A stretch of 59,836 nt of DNA from a virus (lineage: Duplodnaviria; Caudoviricetes). Where the stretch lies: the IMG/VR virus record IMGVR_UViG_3300046791_000436, positions 1 through 59,836 of that record. One strand, written 5' to 3'. A model generated the notes under the pieces. That model was not told the origin of the DNA. It saw only the letters and a list, made by a program, of their open reading frames with translations, and made no database searches. This document shows, piece by piece, positions 55,103-59,836 of the stretch. How positions within the stretch are numbered: the stretch's first letter is position 1; the number at the start of each line of letters is the position of its first letter. The position numbers and the translations under genes are program-made.

Positions 55103-56149
55103 CTACGTAGCGGCCTGTGCGAGCACCTTCGTCGCGATGAAAGCACCGCGGCGGTCGAGTCCCTTGGAGAGAAGGGCGAGGATGCGCGGCCTTGCTTCCG
55201 AAAGGGCGCGTCGTTCGTTGTCCGTCAACGTCAGTTCGCCGCTGCCGCCGAGGAGCTTGCCCATGGCCACGGCAGAACGCTCGCCGGTCGTTCCGCCGAT
55301 GCATTCCCGGAGGTAGCGAATGACGTTGTCTGGTGAGTAGGCGTCAGAGCTGCCGAACGTCGCCAGCGAATCGACGATGCCAGCGGTCCGCTTGCGCGCT
55401 GCCCTTGCTTCGCGATCGGCGAGATTGCGCGCGGTGCGCCGCAGGAAGGCGAACGGCCAGACGCACGGTCCCCCCTTCTTTCGTGCGGCGCCCTTGCGCA
55501 CGCGGCCGGTGCGAAGTTCTTCCACCGCGGCCGGCGGGAGATTGCATCCCGTCTCTCGTTCCCACAGAAGGGCGAGCGCATCCTGGTATTCCTCATGCCC
55601 GGGCGCCGCATGCGTGGTGCCGGACGTGCGCCGCTGGCCGTTCGTCCACTTTCTCTCGGCACGGTGGCCCAGCACGAAGAAACGCGCGACGGTGTCGAAG
55701 GAAACCGACAGTCCGCTTGCGGGATCGAAGACGGCGAGCATCGCCGCGCGCAGTTCGTTCTGCCCCTCTGGCGAGGTAAGGTAGGAACGTTCCTCGGGCG
55801 AGCGCTTGCCCCGCTTCGCATGCTGCTGAAGAATCGGGGGGAGAAGGGCGAGCGCTGCCGCGAGCGTTCCGCTGACGGCCGTTCCCCGCTTGTCGATCGG
55901 TGCCCCCTCTCCCATGCCATCGCGGTCGCCCTTGGTTCGCTTCGGCGCCGGGATCGTCAAGGAAGGGCGGAAGGCGCTGTTGCCGTCGATGCCGTTGCCG
56001 TGCACGTTCGGGGCCGGGCGATCCAGGGGAACATCCTGCGGGCCGCTAGGAGCCCTTCCAGCATCGATCGGGGGAAGGGGAAGGGCGAGATTGGCGCGGA
56101 ACGTCGCCATACGGGAAAGACGTAGGGCGAGGATGGGAAGGTCGGTCAT
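55103..56149 (-). CDS. Hypothetical protein with a sigma region-2-like segment
   Basis: EEYQDALALLWE...FAFLRRTARN. Confidence 0.45.
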   Translation of the reverse strand: MTDLPILALRLSRMATFRANLALPLPPIDAGRAPSGPQDVPLDRPAPNVHGNGIDGNSAFRPSLTIPAPKRTKGDRDGMGEGAPIDKRGTAVSGTLAAALALLPPILQQHAKRGKRSPEERSYLTSPEGQNELRAAMLAVFDPASGLSVSFDTVARFFVLGHRAERKWTNGQRRTSGTTHAAPGHEEYQDALALLWERETGCNLPPAAVEELRTGRVRKGAARKKGGPCVWPFAFLRRTARNLADREARAARKRTAGIVDSLATFGSSDAYSPDNVIRYLRECIGGTTGERSAVAMGKLLGGSGELTLTDNERRALSEARPRILALLSKGLDRRGAFIATKVLAQAAT

Positions 56150-56199
56150 TCGGTCGGTCGCTTGGGTAAGGCGCGGGCGGGATGCTCGCGCGCACGACG

Positions 56200-57010
56200 G
56201 TAACGTTCCGGAACGTTCGGTCCCCACCGCATTATTAGAGGTTATACAATTCCGTTACCTTGCCAGGCTAGCAAGATTCAAGCCAGGAATTGTTCCTTGC
56301 CGATTCCTGGCCGACGGGCGAACGTTGACCGGCGTTCGGGCCCTACTAGGTGGAGGTAGCGCGCTGCGGCGCGCGGCAGACGAGTGTGCGGTGCGGCGCA
56401 CGGTTGGTTACGGCCAACCGTGCGCTGCGGCGCCTTTTCGGGAAAAAATCCCGAAAACAGGCTCGTTTACCTTCAGGCGCAAGACACAATTAGCTCCCTG
56501 GACTGGGTTTGGGACTGAAATCGCGACTCATTACGGTTCTCAGTCTATCCCGCGAGGTCGAGTTAATATTGTATTGCTAGGACTTAGCCCCTTACCAGGA
56601 CTGGACTTAGGTCTGCTGAGAGGGGGGGTCTGTCCGTTAGAAGTTCTACCTCTGTTTTACCGGGAGGTGGGACCGACCCCGAGTAAGGGTCAACTCTAAA
56701 AATAGGGGGTTGACTAACCGGCAGGATCTAGGTCCGGTTTTAACGTAGTCCCTCTGGGTCACAAGTAGCAATAAAACTGAGTTGAAACTTTTTACTGCAA
56801 CTTGCTCTCATCCTCTCCCCAACTACACGGCCGCCAAACGACTTACCGCAGGTAAAATGGACGGCTGTCAGTAGTAAAGAGACCACCTCAAGATTTGATG
56901 AAGACCGTGCGTTTCGGCATTTATTCGGATAATGCCAGACTTCGACCCTTCGTCTAAAACAATTCTCGTTCGTCTACTCCTACCGTGCCAGTGGCACAGG
57001 ACTTGCTACA
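56200..57010. other. Long, AT-richer divergent non-coding control region
   Basis: No credible ORF. Palindrome AACGTTCCGGAACGTT at 56202-56217, inverted repeat 56282-56311, several GGACT repeats. Confidence 0.55.
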
Positions 57011-57013
57011 GAA

Positions 57014-57154
57014 ATGCCCTCCGCCGCAATCTGTGACCACGACTTCGTGGTCGTTTTCACGCCGGCCGGCGCCGTCGTGCATCAGGAGGGGGACTCGGTC
57101 CCGCTCACCTCGGCTGGCGTTGTCCGGCTGCAGGCCCTCGGCTACGGTCTCTGA
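57014..57154 (+). CDS. 46-aa early protein (not in the ORF track)
   Basis: MPSAAICDHDFVVVFTPAGAVVHQEGDSVPLTSAGVVRLQALGYGL. Confidence 0.45.
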   Translation: MPSAAICDHDFVVVFTPAGAVVHQEGDSVPLTSAGVVRLQALGYGL

Positions 57155-57163
57155 TCGGTCTCG

Positions 57164-57245
57164 GAGCAGGCCCCCGACGACTCTCCCGCCCGCTTCCATC
57201 GCGGGCCTGGCGAAAGCCCTGGGAGCTGTCATCGCCGGCCTGCTC
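57164..57245 (+). ncRNA. Candidate branched RNA structure
   Basis: GAGCAGGCC/GGCCTGCTC, CTCCC/GGGAG and GCCCGC/GCGGGC helices. Confidence 0.45.
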
Positions 57246-57255
57246 GGAGGTCGCC

Positions 57256-57453
57256 ATGACCAAGAACCCAGAACTCGAGGCCAAACTGGCCGCCTTGCTC
57301 GAGGAACTCGACAAGATCCCAGCCTCACCAGACGATGCTGATCTCTGGGAGGAAGAAGGAAAACGACAGGACACGGCAGCTGGACTTTGCCACACCATCC
57401 TTCGGCACGTCAATCGTGACGGTCTTGGTGGATGTCGTCTCTGCCGCAGTTAG
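57256..57453 (+). CDS. Small early protein
   Basis: GGAGGT SD. Confidence 0.6.
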   Translation: MTKNPELEAKLAALLEELDKIPASPDDADLWEEEGKRQDTAAGLCHTILRHVNRDGLGGCRLCRS

Positions 57454-57578
57454 AAACGGCTCTGGAAAGAGCGCACGAATACCCAACCTCTCGGCAGGCG
57501 CATCGCCCGGCAGAGGACCTTCGTGTGCTCTTTCGAGTGCCGTCAATTTCGACGCACCCGGAAACCAAGGAAACTTCC

Positions 57579-57971
57579 ATGGCCCATCTGACACTGACCC
57601 CGGCCTACGGTCGGGACTACAAGTCAGCCAAGGCGGTCGAAGTGGACTTGCTCAAGGACAAGGACTTCACGGTGCAGCCGCAAGGTTGCTACGTGAACCT
57701 CGCCCAGCTCGAGCCTGGCCAGACCCTCAACGTGCGTTACCAACGCATGACGAAGGTCGCCGTGTTCAGCACCACCAAGCTCAAGAGCAAGCCACCCCCA
57801 GCGCCGAACGAGGGGGACTTCGACGTATGGCTGAAGAACGTTGGCCGCCAGGTCACCGCTATCTCCGGCCTCACCATCAGCGACTTCGCCGACGCCCCCA
57901 CCAGGGACTGGTTCAACGACGGCTGCACGGCCACCAAGGCCGCCCGGTCGATCGTGAGGAACGACTGGTGA
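57579..57971 (+). CDS. Early protein
   Basis: AAGGA SD; LTPAYGRDYKS and GKD-type segments. Confidence 0.7.
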   Translation: MAHLTLTPAYGRDYKSAKAVEVDLLKDKDFTVQPQGCYVNLAQLEPGQTLNVRYQRMTKVAVFSTTKLKSKPPPAPNEGDFDVWLKNVGRQVTAISGLTISDFADAPTRDWFNDGCTATKAARSIVRNDW

Positions 57972-58280
57972 ACGAATGAAGCACGACGTTCTCTGCGGCT
58001 GCGGCTGGGGACAGCTAGCGGTGCCTGAAGATCAGGTGCCCAACAACTGCCCGGTCTGCGGTTTCGACTTCTGGGCCTACGCCGAGCAAGGGGGGAGCTG
58101 AGCATGACGAGCACCGCACCAATTCTCTCGCTCTGCAACGTCTGCGGGCACCGCTGGATCGTGTTCCCGATGTGGCAGTGCGACTGTTGCGCCTTGGATG
58201 ACGACGGCGACCTTAGCGATGCCGATCGGGACAAGGATCGCTAACCCACCGCTCCCGACGGGGACGAGCTGCCATGAGCG

Positions 58281-58349
58281 GCCTCAACACAGCAAGCCGG
58301 TCCCAAGCCCGGCAACGGACTCACCTCGAGTTCGGATGTGGAGGGAGGC
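58281..58349 (+). ncRNA. Twister ribozyme 1 (type P1)
   Basis: P1 GCCU/AGGC; CAA; P2 CAC/GUG; AGC; P4 GCCGG-UCCCAAGC-CCGGC; P5 hairpin; GA-GGG pseudoknot with loop CCC. Confidence 0.9.
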
Positions 58350-58355
58350 AAACCC

Positions 58356-58463
58356 ATGATCTACTTGAAGCGCCTGCCCAACGGCAGGTTTGCCAAGGCT
58401 CGCCGCCCCTACAAGGGCGAGCTGATCCTCGGCCTGCTGCTGATCCTGGCCCTGGTGCTCTGA
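58356..58463 (+). CDS. 35-aa membrane peptide (not in the ORF track)
   Basis: MIYLKRLPNGRFAKARRPYKGELILGLLLILALVL. Its GGAGG SD lies inside the ribozyme 3' strand. Confidence 0.55.
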   Translation: MIYLKRLPNGRFAKARRPYKGELILGLLLILALVL

Positions 58464-58521
58464 TGCACGAGGACCACGATCAAGACCACGACCACGACCG
58501 CTGGACAAACGAGGGCGGCCG

Positions 58522-58734
58522 GTGACCGTCTCCTACAAGCCTGAAGTCCAGGCCGACGACACAGGGACCTGGACTGGCAACGCTCTGCGCTTCGCCACCA
58601 AGGAAGAAGCAGAGACCTACGTCAGCGATCTCCAGGCCCGTTGGATGCTCGTGCGCGCGACCCGTGTCGTGCAATCGGAGGACCCGGTAAACTACCGCTG
58701 GACCGACCACGGCATCGAAGCGATCAAGCCATGA
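58522..58734 (+). CDS. Small phage protein
   Basis: SYKPEV..W.GNALRFATKEEA..DL..RW..DPVNY. Confidence 0.7.
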   Translation: MTVSYKPEVQADDTGTWTGNALRFATKEEAETYVSDLQARWMLVRATRVVQSEDPVNYRWTDHGIEAIKP

Positions 58735-58937
58735 CCGACGAACCAACCGAGACCTACGCCCGCGTCGTCGAGCAGGGACTGGCCTTGCAACAGCAGGCAG
58801 CCAAGATCCTCGAGATCTGTGGCATCCACTACGACAACCTGATCGCCGGCCACCACCGGCTCAGGACCGTCGCTGACCTTCTGGGCGAAGCGCGGGAAAG
58901 CCTGCGCAAAGCCCGTGCTTGGCTCCCAACCAACTGA
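58731..58937 (+). CDS. Small helical protein
   Basis: ATGA coupling. Confidence 0.55.
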   Translation: MTDEPTETYARVVEQGLALQQQAAKILEICGIHYDNLIAGHHRLRTVADLLGEARESLRKARAWLPTN

Positions 58938-58943
58938 GGACCC

Positions 58944-59123
58944 ATGGACTGCCCCCGCTGCGGCCTGCCCATCAGCACGCAACACGCCTGCTGGGAGTGC
59001 AGGCCGGTCTTCGTTCGCCCGCCGCGACTCAACTTCGCTCGCAAGCGCGAGGCTTGGAAGACCGAACTGGTCTTGACGTGCCTCGCCATGGCCTGTCTGA
59101 TCGCACTCGCAATCTGGGGCTGA
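58944..59123 (+). CDS. 59-aa zinc-finger + TM peptide (not in the ORF track)
   Basis: GAGGA SD; MDCPRCG...CWEC...LVLTCLAMACLIALAIWG. Confidence 0.55.
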   Translation: MDCPRCGLPISTQHACWECRPVFVRPPRLNFARKREAWKTELVLTCLAMACLIALAIWG

Positions 59124-59308
59124 TCCAGAAAAACCCGGAGGATGCCATGTAGCAGTCCTACTCAAAAGCGAAAGACTCAAATACTCGCTTTTGGCGGCCT
59201 AGCGAGCCGTCAGCCGTGAACCAGGACCTTCGAAAGATGCAGGAAAAGAAAGCGCCGGCTCGGCGCTAGAACACAAATGCGAGCACTCGCCGGGTAGCTG
59301 AGGCGCCC

Positions 59309-59417
59309 GGCACGTTTATCCCAGCCAGTGGAACCGCCGCAGATCCGAGTAGCCCTCGGAAACAGGACGGGAAAGCTGAAGGTCTCAAGCCCTTGTAAAT
59401 TGGAGAGAGGACGTGCC
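59309..59417 (+). ncRNA. Twister ribozyme 2 (variant, large P3)
   Basis: P1 GGCACGUU/GACGUGCC; P4 AAGG-UCUCAAGC-CCUU; GA-GAG pseudoknot with CUC. L1 reads UAU and P2 is imperfect. Confidence 0.65.
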
Positions 59418-59498
59418 TGCGGTAATCGATCTAACGTGGATCGGTAGCTCATTTCCAACCTAAGAAACTGGTTGCGACACAAGAGCGGTGTCAGCAGG

Positions 59499-59599
59499 TG
59501 TCCTAATGCGGCCCTCGAGGACTCGTGAGATACTCGGGGACGGTGACAAGCCCGTAAAACGTCCGGCCCGCGGGGTGACGAAAACGCAGAGTCAGGACA
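59499..59599 (+). ncRNA. Twister ribozyme 3 (type P1 with P3 and P5)
   Basis: P1 UGUCC/GGACA; UAA; P2 UGC/GCA; GGC; P3; P4 ACGG-UGACAAGC-CCGU; P5; GA-GUCA pseudoknot with UGAC. Confidence 0.92.
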
Positions 59600-59709
59600 A
59601 GCCCTCGGTGAACGGCAAAGTTTCCGTAAGCCGGATCGGGATCTTCGCAAGCAACTGGACCATGCCTACCGGCTACAGAAAGGTTGCCCAAGTCGACCGG
59701 TCTCGAATG

Positions 59710-59836
59710 TCTCCCGAAAGCAGTCCCTAAGAAGGCGCATGTATTGGAGCGTCGATGGGATCTCCCAATGCAGCCAACGACGGTGGTAAGCCCGTGCGTA
59801 ATGCAGAACCGGAGAAAAGACATGCTACAGATTCTG
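59710..59836. repeat. Terminal direct repeat / circular overlap (copy 2)
   Basis: Identical to 1-127. Confidence 0.95.
59761..59815 (+). ncRNA. Twister ribozyme 4 (minimal type P1)
   Basis: P1 UCUCC/GGAGA; CAA; P2 UGC/GCA; AGC; P4 ACGG-UGGUAAGC-CCGU; GA-ACC pseudoknot with GGU. Confidence 0.9.

Noticed and set aside
59610-59700. c-di-GMP riboswitch or HDV-like ribozyme
   Set aside because: Only fragments match (GGCAAA, GUUGCC, one pseudoknot). The required helices could not be built.
59130-59815. Single giant ncRNA of the GOLLD/ROOL type
   Set aside because: The recurring GGUNNNAAGCCC loops resolve into separate twister folds with covarying pseudoknots. No GOLLD/ROOL-specific features were recognised.
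1-59836. Integrase/att site, tRNA genes, alternative genetic code
   Set aside because: No recombinase motifs or cloverleaf structures were recognised, and core genes are intact in the standard code with all three stops used.

Overview
This window is an apparently complete ~59.7 kb tailed dsDNA phage genome. Positions 1-127 repeat 59710-59836, consistent with a circular-assembly overlap. It is siphovirus-like, GC-rich and has no visible integrase. Layout: (i) many small early genes on + (57.0 kb through the join to 11.7 kb), including a C5 DNA methyltransferase; (ii) a replication block (primase-helicase, PD-(D/E)XK nuclease, DEDDh exonuclease, ThyX, SF2 helicase, SSB-like protein, PolA, dNMP kinase, RuvC); (iii) portal on -, head and tail genes on +, then terminase and putative lysis/accessory genes on -. 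The most striking unannotated signal is RNA. Four twister self-cleaving ribozymes lie in the early region (58281, 59309, 59499, 59761), three of them in tandem and separated by structured cargo segments. Two hold the Shine-Dalgarno sequence of the next gene in their P1 helix. A separate ~480-nt array of five stem-loop domains lies at 1413-1897. All calls come from motif reading by eye; no searches were run.
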